The position numbers were made by a program, and so were the translations under genes. A model generated the notes under the pieces. That model did no database searches. It was not told the origin of the DNA and saw only the letters and a list, made by a program, of their open reading frames with translations. From NCBI GenBank assembly GCA_051362555.1, contig CM120649.1:19544567-19608566 (forward strand): a stretch of 64,000 nucleotides of DNA, given 5' to 3'. This document shows positions 49,232 to 60,715 of the stretch, piece after piece (the stretch's first letter is position 1; each line of letters begins with the position of its first letter). This DNA is from Lingula anatina. Lineage: Eukaryota > Animalia > Brachiopoda.

Positions 49232-52200
49232 CTGCAATCCAATAGAAAAATAAAATAAAATTGATTAGAAAATAAAGATAAGAATAAAAAACAAATAAAT
49301 TTACCGATTTTATAAAATGGCGCGAAGGAAGGAGGGACAGGTAGAACAGACAGGTAACAGGACAAACTGGAATAGGTTTTGGTCTTGTAAAAACGATTCT
49401 CCAGTTAAGGAGCACATTGTTGTTGCCATTGGTTACAACTGTGACGTGGTTACTATCTAGAGAGGACCGCTGTCACATCTAATGCAATGTCACACCTAAC
49501 ACACTGTGACATCTAACACACTTACATTATGGTGTAATTGGCTTCATTTCCACGACTTTTGTGTTTTATCATCTTATACCTCCCGATGGCTAGTGGCGGC
49601 CGTACCACAGTGGCATTGACCTCAAGAAACCTGCAGCAAAGTGGCATCATACCATCATTGACTTTGGCTGAGGTCGGGATGCTGTTTTGCACATTTCAAA
49701 AAAGCGAAATCGACCGCAGCGCAACCAAGGTCTTTCTCACTTTCCAGACGTCTGCAGAACAACATGTTGACCAAAATCGACATCTATAATTGTTCTCTTA
49801 ATAAGATTTTATACTTAAACATTAATCTGCTTTAAGACTCCGTTCACATGAAAAATCTATTTTCTTAAAATCTATCTTCTATTCGCGGTATCTTGTGATC
49901 ACTCCGAGCGCAGCCGAGAATTAATTACAGCTCTGGAAGTAACTGGCTCGCGCTGCTAGTAATTACGCCGAGGGGTATTCAGGGCACAGACCATGCTCAC
50001 AAGATACCGCGAATAGAAAATAGATTTTTAGAAAATAGATTTTGCATGTGAACGGTCCCTAAGATAACAGAAAAAGATTCCGTCACTCGGCATTGTCGTA
50101 TAATTAATTAAAATCGTCCCTTTTTAGGATGTTATCGGTCAAAATTACCGACGTCACCGGTAAATATCATGTTTCAACAGAGCTCAAATTCACGGATAAA
50201 AAAATCAGAATATTTGCATATTACATAAATTACTTTCGAAAACACTATTGTCTCCACGTAGTCAAGTTTTATTTTTCACGACATTTCCGTTTCCGCGTTT
50301 GGCCATCTCCACTTCCAACAGCACTTACATGTACCGTTTCCACATGGCGTCATCTTCATTCCCGACAACACTTACCCTTCACACATGTTGTTATCTTCAT
50401 TTCCGACAACACTTACCGTTCCCACATGTCGTCATCTTCGCCTCCCCAGCCCCAGTACTCGTTGCTGTACCCGTTGACTTCTTCGAAAAGTGAAACTGTC
50501 ATTACTAAAACTCCACCAACGAGATTGTCAAAGACTATCCTAAAATTTAAACAAAAAAAAGCCGTGAAGGTCTCTGGGTCCGAATGTAAATGGCTTCCTT
50601 CACCCCTCGGCTGAATCACAGGGGGTCAAGGTCCAAGATCTATATTGTCCCAAACTAAACAAGGACGTGGGGAGACAACCTGCCTCACATCTGTGACAGT
50701 GTTTCTCATTAAACTGTTCACTTTACATGTACACTGTTACATACATGTAACTTCAGTGAAACTGATGAAGTCCCAAGTGTTGGGACGAATGCTCTTAGAT
50801 ACACCAAGCAGTTACAACAGATATATTCCTTGGGTACACTTTCAGCAAATTGAACTGTTTTAAATTTTATCATTATGATTCACATGAACAAGTTAAGCGA
50901 TTATGTTAGTTAAGATGCCTCGTTGTGGTGTTATTGACGCATGATTGTGCTAGTTGAGATTCACTACTGCTATAAAAGACTACGTTAAATGCATATCTTG
51001 AACATACTTATAGCGAAACTTGTCCACAGCAGGGGAGAGGTGCTTAGGTGTAGTGTCGTTTCCACACACGTACATATTGCGGTCATTCTCCAATAACATG
51101 TCAACGTCGTGGAAGATCACGCAGTCAAACTGGAAAGCCTTTCTACATTCTAGAAATGCTGCATTCATTATTCTACCTTTGTTAAAGGTTCCTGTCCCGT
51201 ACTGTAGATAAAAATAACAACATCAAGCATTTTTAAAAGGGTTGAAAGGATGAATGTAAAAATCAATGACAAATCAATGAGACTTTTATAGGGGAAGGGC
51301 GTATGAAGAAACATGAAGTTTTGCCATTTTCACCCTTTCTGAAAACATACATCACTACCCCCCCCCCCCCCCCCCCGTGTACTCATTAAACAGTGCATTT
51401 TTACTTTTTTTGGACATATTTTTCTTAGCAACTTCATTGCACACTGACGTCAACATGGTCGAAAAGACGAGGATAATCTTACAAGGCGGGATTTGATGAC
51501 ATTTAACACATCTGATGACGTAGGCATCTCTCACCTGCTCCGTTACAACGATCCTGTACTCTAGAAGCTGCCTTTGAAATATGGGATGATAATGATGTAA
51601 CCACCGGGTGAGATGAGCCAATCGGTCCCGATAAGGAATGATTATGATCACGCGAGATCTCGCCGCACAGTCACGAGGGCTCCAATGTCCTCCGGGATCC
51701 AGATTAAAATTTTCACTAGCGGCTTTTGACATGCTAACAACATTAGTTTTAACCGCCAATGGACCAACTGGAATAAACATAAATGAATAAAGGATAAAAT
51801 AAAATAAATATTTCACCAAATGTTTTGTGCATTTTTTTTTAAATTCAAAATAATGTTTACAGTAAATACAGAAGTACATGTACCGTTCAGTATTCAGGGG
51901 CGGATCCAGAGACATTTTCTGACAGTCTTCCAAATTATCTTTGTTGATTCATCCTCCATTTCTGACCGTCTTCCGACAGAAAAAATAAGATACTTGTTAA
52001 CGTAAACTTGAAAATCTGACCGTCTTCCGGAAGACGCAGAAGACGGCCTCAATCCGCCCCTGGTATTCAACCTTAAAATTGCTTATAAGGTAGCATATAT
52101 AAAAGAAATAAGTTAACACATACCAGTACATGTAGTAACACACATACTGGGGTACCTAAAAATATTTTCTATTGTTGCAAATCACTAAATAATATGGTTG

Positions 52201-55200
52201 CCATTATTTGTGGTTGGTCAAAGATAAATATAGAAAAAATACCAGAAAATGAGTATTCACGTCGTACTTTGTCTGCGGTTACAGAATGCGGTTTTACTTA
52301 TAAGGCAACAAGCCGCAGTTTGCAATCGATTGGAAAATGAGAATCTTAGGATATAAACGGTGAATGTATTCAACACACACGATGTGATGAACACGTGTCT
52401 AGCAGCATTTAACCAGGAAGCAAAGCTGTCAATTATTGTGCAGCCATAAAGGAGAAATTATTACTGATGATGCACAAAATGGGGGTTTGCTAATATTGAT
52501 GCAATATTATAGAAGGCAGTAAAGCTGTCAAATGAGGGATGAATTGCAGAAAATAACGATGCGCACCTTGAAGAAAACTAGTCCAATAACACGTTGAAGA
52601 AAAATAGTCCAATAAAACGGCTATCCAAACTTGGCCTGTATTTCGGTGCTTTGAATCATTACTTAGAGGTTTATAAAACACACAGTTTTTCATTGATTAT
52701 ATTAACGATGACATTGCACAAAATAGGGGTTTTGTAAATACATTTCAGAATCCATAATGTTTTGCAAATATATTTTATATTACATTATGCTTAACAGCAC
52801 CAATCACCACACAATTTTAAATTATACTAAAGGTAATAGGGACATTCTGAAGATATAACTGCCACAGGACTTCATTCCCATGGGGATTCAAAGACATAAC
52901 TTGAAAATGACAATTAGTGAAAAAAATGCAAAATTATCTATTCAAAATTCACTGAATAACTTCGGTATTACCTGTAGGTCAGTGTCATAAGCCACCCAAG
53001 TAAGTCTGAATATAAAAAGTCGTATTGATTTTTATTTTTTCCCGGAAAGTGCGCGCCTAGTGATGACTGTATTTCGCGGTCTAGATTGTCTGTAAATCAA
53101 CAGATGATGAACAGGTCCTGTGGATATTAATACTTTAACACTGAACAGCTAACATACAGTGATATCAGTACAGTGATATACACAGTATAAACATGTACAA
53201 TGTGATCGTTCCGGTAGACTCACCTAAATGTTCAGGTGACTGAGGACAGAGTGGGAGCTGAAAAAAACAAGTTATCGATCAGACATCTATAATGAATGTT
53301 AACGTAGATACTGTAAACATGACAACGTAACATTTTTTAAAATCTATTTCAAAAATGTATAACAACACACACATACACACACACACACACACACTAAATA
53401 TTACGAGTGTATTGTCGAGCCGCAGGCGAGGCAATACACAATTAATTTTCACGTACATCTCGGCAACGAGTGTTGTATCTGGCTTATACCACGGCCTCTG
53501 ATTGGCTACTACACTAGTGAGTAACGGGAATGCAACTGACAGTGGAACGCACTCGACATGACATGCTTCCTCGTACAGCACGACAGAGACTTTTGTTCTA
53601 CGCACTAGCCGGGGTTTAAGGTTTAGAATTATGATTCAGCTAGTGCAATTTCAAGAGGGGAATATTGGTGTGATATATTTTTAGAAACCAAAGAGTGGTC
53701 AGGAACCCCCTGACCCCCCCCCCCCTCTAACTCCACCACTGCTACCTGTACCTGTGAGTCAGAGTGAAAGGGTGATTTGTACACGTGAAAATATATCACG
53801 CAATCAGTGATATATTCCTTGTCATGCTCACGAACCATTTTCAAGCTACTGACTGGGGGACAGAGCCGTCATATGCAGACTGTATTGAATACGCCACTGT
53901 TGTGGTGGGACAATTAAATATTGAACCACGTACGGTCTTTGTACACAACAAAAACCGTGTGCTGAGTGTGAGTGTAATAAAAAAGGATCAGGTCAAATGT
54001 ATGGAAGCGTATAAGTGCCACAACACACAACAAAATCACTCAACACACAACACAATTTCAACACGACACATTTAACTTCTCAACACGACACCAAAGAAAA
54101 TCGCAACACAACACATTAACTTCTCGACACAACGGAAATAGATTCGGCGCGGACGTCTTGGAAAAGCTGCGAAAACCCACAGAACGATTCTGTAATTGTT
54201 TCCTTTTTTTCTCAAGGCATTTATAATAATGTGTCACTTTTGGGTCCAGGAAAAGTGCATTTTTGAAAACATTGTATTACAGAGAAGTTTTAATATCAGA
54301 AAATTTGTTGTGAATGTTGCATATTCTATGCTGTGTGTGTGTGTGTGTGTGTATTGGGGGGGGGGGGGGGTATTATTGATGTTGAGAGTATTGAAGCCGG
54401 GGGATATATCGTAGCTGGGGACAATCGGTGCGGGTTTGACGGAAAATATAAGTGGATAATTATGAAATTTTAGAAAATTTTCTTCACTTATAAACAGTAA
54501 CAGGTTCATTCAAATTATCAGCTGACCTGAAAAATAGTAAACCGTGAATCTAAAACAAAAAAATAAAATAAACCCAAAATTACAGAAAATAAAAATAATT
54601 AATTAAAATTAAAAATAATAAAAACAATTTAAAAACTATAGCTAGTGTTCTAATTGTACTCAGACCGACCAATATCATATGTGACAATTTATACATTCAA
54701 TGCACATCTGTACTTCATTAACTAGCATTTCATAGTAAACAGTAACGCCGAACTTGTAATTTGACACAGAGCGCTGAAGTTAGTGTCTAGTTTCCAGTTT
54801 TCAGTTTCATTTTTCAAAAACGAACCTGGCAACCAGAAACTAGTGTCGTTTTTCAAAAACGAACCTGGCAACCAGAAACTAGTTTCGTTTTTCAAAAACG
54901 ATGCTGAGAAGCCAGAATCATTTTTGCGGAGAGAAACAGGGGTGAGCAGAGGGAGAGGCAACCAGCGCTGTGCGTGTACCGCGACTAGGTAACTCTCACT
55001 GTGAAAGCCGGACAGGGTGTTACGGTCTCTCCTCGCCGTGCGCTGAGACCAAGACGGTCGCCGATCATTGCCTACGGCGCACCGCCGATGCCGGGCAGGG
55101 CATTCAGGGAGTTTTGTTTTTTTTCTCGCCGTGCGCTCAAGACTAGATGACCGCCTCTACGAGGCACAGGCCACCTTTACAGCGAAAACCGTGAGGGGTG

Positions 55201-56481
55201 TTTTGGTGGGGTTGGGGGTTGGCGGAAGAGAGCGAGGAGGGGGAAGGGTCCCCAGGTTCTTCCTTTGTAGTTTGAGGTATCATTTTTAATTTTATTGAAA
55301 AAAAAAAAAAAAAGATTCTGGCTTTTCAGAATCGTTTTTTAAAAAGGACAGTAGTTTCTTGTTGCCAGAATCGTTTTTTTAAAAAAAGACACCCATTTCA
55401 TTGACCGCTACCGTCTCGGTCTCAGCACACGGCGAGAAGAGAACATATAACACCCTTTCCGACTTCAGCTGTGAAGGTTACCTGGTCACGGTAGACTTTA
55501 ATCGCGCGTTGCCTCTCCCCTGTCCACTCCTGTTTCTCCCCGTAAAAATCCTTTTCAAAAATGCAATAAAATTAAAAATTATATTTCAAACTACAAAGGC
55601 AGTCCCCGTGGGGGCCTTCCCCCTCTTCAACCTCACCCTTATTCCCCCACCCCCACCCCCACTTAAACTGCATTCCCGGCTTCCGCTGTGCAGGCTGACT
55701 GTGACCGGTACAGACGGTCAACTCGGCCTCCCAGCGCGGCAAGGAAAGACCGTTACACTGTAAACAACCTAGCAAGCTTCTGCGATGAGGGTTGCCCGTA
55801 CCCCGTAGGCAAAAATCGGCGACCGTCTCGGTCTCAGCGTACGTCGAAGAGATATCGTAAGAACCTGCCCGGCTTTCGCGATGAGGGTTACATAGTCGCG
55901 GTATACGCTCACTGCTGCTTGCTTCTCCCTCCGCCCACCCCTGTTTCTCTCCGCAGATACGATTCTGGCTTCTCAGAATCGTTTTTGAAAAACGACACTA
56001 GTTTCTGGCTGCCAGAATCGTTTTTCGAAAAACGACTCTGGTTTCTGGGCACTAGAATCGTTTTTAAAAAACGAAACTTCAGCGCTCTATTTGACACTGC
56101 ATATACCCTATTTGACACTTCCAAATTTAATTGAATAAAACAAAACTTCCTGTGCTCACATGAATTGAAATTCCAATATTGTAACAGCCAGATAGACAAC
56201 ATGTTATTTTTAAAAGTATTTAATGTTTTTATGCTATTATTAATATATTAATTATGTAGAACACCCCTTGAGATTACATGCTTACAAGCATAAGGAGCAA
56301 AATTGCAAGTGTTAGAATACATTTACTGTACTAATTTATTTAGATAAGATACATTGCATTGATTATCAAATGTTTATGTTGCATTTACAATATTAGAATT
56401 TCAATTTATGTGAGCACAGGAACAAGTAACGATATATCCCCCGGCTTCAATACTCTCAACATCAATACCCCCCCTCCCTCA

Positions 56482-56537
<56 letters not shown>

Positions 56538-57268
56538 CATAGAATATGCAACATTCACAACAGATTATCTGATATTAAAACTTCTCTGTAATACAATGTT
56601 TTCAAAAGTGCGCTTTTCCTGGACCCAAAAGTGACACATTATTATAAATGCCTTGAGAAAATAAGGAAACAATCACAGAATCGTTCTGTGGGTTTTTGCG
56701 GCTTTTCCAAGACGTCCACGCCGAAAGTGCCATCTATTTCCGTTGTGTCGAGAAGTTAATGTGTTGTGTTGCGATTTTCTTTGGTGTTGTGTCGAGAAGT
56801 GAAATGTGTCGTGTTGAAATTGTGTTGTGTGTTGAGTGATTTTGTTGTGTGTTGTGGCACTTATACGCTTCCATACAAATGCCTTGAACGAAATATATAC
56901 ATACGGTACTACATGGCAACGTATAGAGGCGAGTAGATACAGGGTTGAAAGGAGAAGAAAATACATTTTGACTAACAAACAATTAAACTCTTCTAGGCAG
57001 ACAGACAGACAGACAGACACAAAGACAGACAGTCACATGTACAGAGAAACAGGTTGGTTCCTTGGGGGTGGAGGGGGGCATGAAGCGTACTTACCGCAGT
57101 CGTTTCACTGATAATCCAATCAGTAATATTCATCGTGTTATTAACTAGGACAGCTCTTCGTCCTTTCGTCTCCACCAGGACACCATGTCGCACCATCAAG
57201 TACAATATTACATACACCGATAAAAACACAAGCGATGCCAACACCACCTGTCTCATGTACTTCTCCAT
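49096..57268 (-). CDS. GT7 beta-1,4-galactosyl/N-acetylgalactosaminyltransferase (bre-4-like), paralog 1, complete: 7 exons, 999 nt, 332 aa
   Basis: Exons 57268-57095, 53257-53224, 51767-51535, 51201-51008, 50539-50417, 49630-49526 and 49231-49096, all GT-AG with consistent phases. Motifs: TM anchor, LPLCP, GGHWSPRDC, IIIPYRDR, FNKG, FHDVD, NGYSNEYWGWGGEDDDM, RYKMIKH, DGLS, LYT. Confidence 0.92.
49526..49630 (-). CDS. GT7 paralog 1 exon 6
   Basis: FLEVNATVVRPPLAIGRYKMIKHKSRGNEANYTI, 105 nt, GCAG|...|GTAAGT. Confidence 0.9.
49836..50059. mobile_element. Hairpin MITE with ~60-bp TIRs and TAA TSD (Harbinger/Tourist-like) in intron 5 of GT7 paralog 1
   Basis: CCGTTCACATG.AAAATCTATTTT...CTATTCGCGGTATCTTGTGA and its reverse complement at ~49997-50056; TAA at 49833-35 and 50060-62. 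Confidence 0.85.
50305..50439 (-). repeat. Same 41-bp minisatellite, 3 units, at the exon5/intron5 junction of GT7 paralog 1
   Basis: Units start at 50305 (with a 6-bp insertion), 50352 and 50393. Confidence 0.9.
50417..50539 (-). CDS. GT7 paralog 1 exon 5
   Basis: IVFDNLVGGV...NGYSNEYWGWGGEDDDMWER|GTAAGT, 123 nt. Confidence 0.93.
51008..51201 (-). CDS. GT7 paralog 1 exon 4
   Basis: YGTGTFNKGRIMNAAF...FHDVD...PKHLSPAVDKFRYK, 194 nt. Confidence 0.93.
51535..51767 (-). CDS. GT7 paralog 1 exon 3
   Basis: VGPLAVK...GGHWSPRDCAARSRVIIIIPYRDR...VVTEQ|GTGAGA, 233 nt. Confidence 0.92.
51895..52062. mobile_element. MITE family 3 copy 2
   Basis: TIRs and TSD GTATT; shares its internal sequence with copy 1. 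Confidence 0.85.
53224..53257 (-). CDS. GT7 paralog 1 exon 2 (34-nt micro-exon)
   Basis: TTTTTTTCAG|LPLCPQSPEHL-G|GTGAGT; joins in frame to VGP of the next exon. Confidence 0.85.
53998..54412 (+). repeat. Left arm of a ~415-450-bp inverted duplication
   Basis: Reverse complement of 56429-56877 along its length (TGTATGGAAGCGTATAAG...GCCGGGGGATATATCGT), including the (TG)n and poly-G tracts. Confidence 0.92.
54768..56088. mobile_element. Non-autonomous foldback/MULE-like element with ~300-bp inverted arms and a 9-bp TSD
   Basis: Termini AGAGCGCTGAAGTT...AACTTCAGCGCTCT; ATTTGACAC at 54759-67 and 56089-97. The arms contain 39-bp subterminal repeats built on the palindrome CGTTTTT(N)AAAAACG. Confidence 0.78.
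56147..56422. mobile_element. Hairpin MITE-like element with ~38-bp TIRs
   Basis: TTCCTGTGCTCACATGAATTGAAATTCCAATATTGTAA and its near-perfect reverse complement at 56385-56422; no clear TSD. Confidence 0.7.
56429..56877 (-). repeat. Right arm of the inverted duplication
   Basis: See 53998-54412. Confidence 0.92.
57095..57268 (-). CDS. GT7 paralog 1 exon 1 (cytoplasmic tail, TM, stem)
   Basis: MEKYMRQVVLASLVFLSVYVILYLMVRH...SETTA|GTAAGT, phase 0. Confidence 0.75.
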
Positions 57269-57845
57269 TAGTTAGCAGATTTCCGTCAACTCAAACGTAG
57301 GGAATTCTCTCCTCATGAGAGCAACGCCTATTGGTGCTTTTCACCATTTCTGAAATTTCACCTTTTGTTAAACTTCCGTATTGTTCCCGTGCACTGTAAA
57401 ATCCTGACCTGATCCGGGTTACACTTTGGCGGATCTACAACACTCCCGTCTCTACTGTTCAAGTATAGGCAAATTTTATCTACCACAGCAGCGAGAATCT
57501 CCTCTATTTCTGTATATGCTTATAGTCGTTCAGTGTAACCTGCCATATCGGTTTAATTGATCGCCGCTCAGGACACAACATCAAACCGAACGCTCTCTTA
57601 TCTCAAAATCAATATATAGTTAACCTAATGGGTTTTGCCGTTGACACGTTTCATACGAACCATACGCGCGACCCTGTACAATGTAAGGGGATATGGCTGT
57701 ATATCATGAACGCTGACTACACGTTTTTATACTTTATTTAAGTGCCGTCACCATACAGGTCCCACATTATGCTGATGGTGCCTTCATAAAAATAATAATA
57801 ATTGGAAAAGCATTAAGAGAAGGCAGACTTCCTCCACGGTGGGTC

Positions 57846-57884
<39 letters not shown>

Positions 57885-60579
57885 TGTAGACAGACAGGTA
57901 ACAAGGAGCAATGCTTTCGGGTTGTACTGTATTCTTTATTCTTGTTTGAATCAACAAACAACCGTGAAACTAAAAGGAAAACAAAATGCAATAATAAATA
58001 AATAATAAATATATCATAATACAATCTCATCAAATCAAATTTACATGTTATTATACGTTTTCCAAACACTGTTTATTAAAGGCAGCCAATTCCTCATTAA
58101 CACAAAGCTACATATTTGTCATTTCATAAATTTGACAGCTTGTTTTTGATAACACATCCAGTTAGCTCTACACACACGACTAAACCCATTGGGAACATGC
58201 ACATCCAACAAAGCAATTATACATTGTTATAACATAAACTTACCATTACCTCCCTATTTCTTTAATAAGTTGATTATGTACACTCAGTCTCATTCACTTT
58301 ACATGTTAAAACCTAAATGAATTTGAGATAAAAATGGCTCTGTAGAATAAGTCACTTACATATGATATTGCCAACACTATTGTAACACTATTGTGTGACC
58401 AAACACTTACTAGTAGTAACTACAGTACATTCTCTAATTTTAAACATACACTAATACTGTAACAATAAAGTGTGAATAACATTACTTTTAAATAATTACA
58501 TAAATGTCATATGCTTACTTTTTTTGCTATCTTCTAAGCTGAGGTCCTGCCTGTCTCACTACTTTCCAATGTCTGCCAAAATGAAAAGGCTAGCAGGTCA
58601 GGTGAACTACTTCTCACTTATGCAAATGATAAGTGGACAGACTGAGATTGTGCTAGTTGTGCTGCTAGTACTGCCTGTGCAATCATTGTACCTACAATAA
58701 TATACTAAATCATGAAAAAAATGTATTTAATATAAAATTTACTAGAAATTTTTACATTGAGTGCATTTTAAATCCTGTTTCAATTTGTTTCAAGAAAAAT
58801 TTTTTACTTTCTTAGAGACGCATATATCTAGTTGTCAGTTACGTCTTAAGTATGCAATTATCCTTACAGAACCTCTTCAATTCCAGGCACCTTACAGGTA
58901 CGATACAGTATTTATTAACCTTTTCTTCACTTTTGATCTCATTTTCCTTTCTACCTGTCCCTGCGTTTCTGTCACAATTCCGTCAGGATATACTCCTGAG
59001 GTCCAGTACGGCAGACAAGAATAGACCTTACTTCCTGTGCCGAAAATTTAAGACCAAGGCGAGCAAAGCCACTTTATCGAGACCCTTTTTATTATTACCC
59101 GATGTTATAATTAAGCATTAAACTTTGTCGAGGCCCTATTTATCATTATCCAGATATAATATAAAATATCCTTTAATATTAACCCTGAAAAGCCACGCCC
59201 CACATGTGGAGGCTCTCGCCTTTGGATAACGCGATCCCTAAATCTGCAACAGAGATTGCAAGGTCCTGCGTCTAAAACTCTGCACATGGAAAAGAATGAA
59301 AGGACTCCATATTGAAACTTCAACAAAATATATTTTGCTATACTTTTAAGTTATGCGATACAGTCAAGGTCAAACCTCGCGGCTTCAATCAAAACCCCTC
59401 CACCAGTTCTATGTAAGTTTTTAGATTATTATACACAACGGTGTGAAAAAATATGTCAATTAACTAAATCAGAAACTGTTTGGCAACTTTCAACCCATGT
59501 CCACCTTTGAAGGTGGACACACACAAGGACTTCAGTGCAAATTATCTAGATCTACAAAATTACCAGGCTTGAATCAAGGACTATGAAATTTGAACTTCCA
59601 ATGAGTGAATTTTATCGAAAGGTACTTTTTACAATAATACAAAGACTATCAGGTGTCAACTCACACTGCCAACTTCATATTTACGAATAATATCTAGATA
59701 TTTAAAATATTATCGACAAATTAGTGGCCCCTGACAACCAGAATATATTCTATATTGACATGCCCTCGAACCTTTAGCAAAATCCGTCCATAATAATGCT
59801 AATACACAAAATACTTTTTAAATTACTTTATTAATTATCTAATTAAGTGATGAAAACTAATGGATAATCACCGATATCTCATCGTTTGCTACTTGGTCCA
59901 ATCCCGACAGTCTCCAAAAATTCAGTAAAAAATCGTCTACAACTAACATTTTGTTTTCACAGACAGAATAATACTTAACAAGATATAAATCATTAATTAA
60001 TTAATAGATTACGACTTAAATCACTTTTTACAAAAGAAATAATAATGCATTTTGACGCAAAGCTTCGTCTTTTTCTAAGCACTTTGCATAATAGTAAGAT
60101 AGGGAATTGAGACATTCAATTTAAAATATCAAAGTACACATTTTAAAATCACAAAATACAATTATATTGACTAAAATTATCAATTGCCATGAAATATATA
60201 GGGCCTATACATAAAAGAGAAAATTTTAAGTTTGGTTTTACAAGGTGCTAAGATCCATATAAACAGTTTAACGCATATGCTGTAACAGTTCATTCCACTG
60301 TTTCGAGATGGATTACTTCAATAATTGTTAAAACTTCAAACAGGACATCTGTCATTTTCTACACCTGCACAATCGCATATTGTAATGTTACTGTGGGCAA
60401 GTATAAATGGCACTTTATATTTGACATCGTATCATTTAAATTGTGAATTTATTGCATTTTTGTTTTCATCCACTGGTACGTTATTTGTAAGTCATATTCA
60501 AGACCAAATAATAATAATAATAATAATAATTTTAAAAACAACACTGTAGGTGGCGCAAACTGCTCATCGTCGAATCTAG

Positions 60580-60715
60580 TCAAGACGCGCTGGTGTCGAC
60601 ATCGAAAACTAAATGTGTATAAAGTCTGTGAAGTTTCACGGTGACCAATGAATAACTGATGTTGTTCAGTCCGTCACTTCTCATCCTTGACCGACTTGTC
60701 TTCAAAAGTGGATAT
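60580..60715 (-). CDS. GT7 paralog 2 exon 7 (terminal)
   Basis: YPLLKTSRSRMRSDGLNNISYSLVTVKLHRLYTHLVFDVDTSAS*. Confidence 0.9.

Noticed and set aside
54722-56202. ORFs with 13-aa repeats (SFFKNEPGNQKLV)
   Set aside because: Translations of the 39-bp subterminal repeats of the foldback element; no transposase motifs.
57846-60320. Possible LINE 3' end and Helentron-like fragments between the GT7 genes
   Set aside because: Only a vague compositional resemblance; no diagnostic ORF or termini that I can support.
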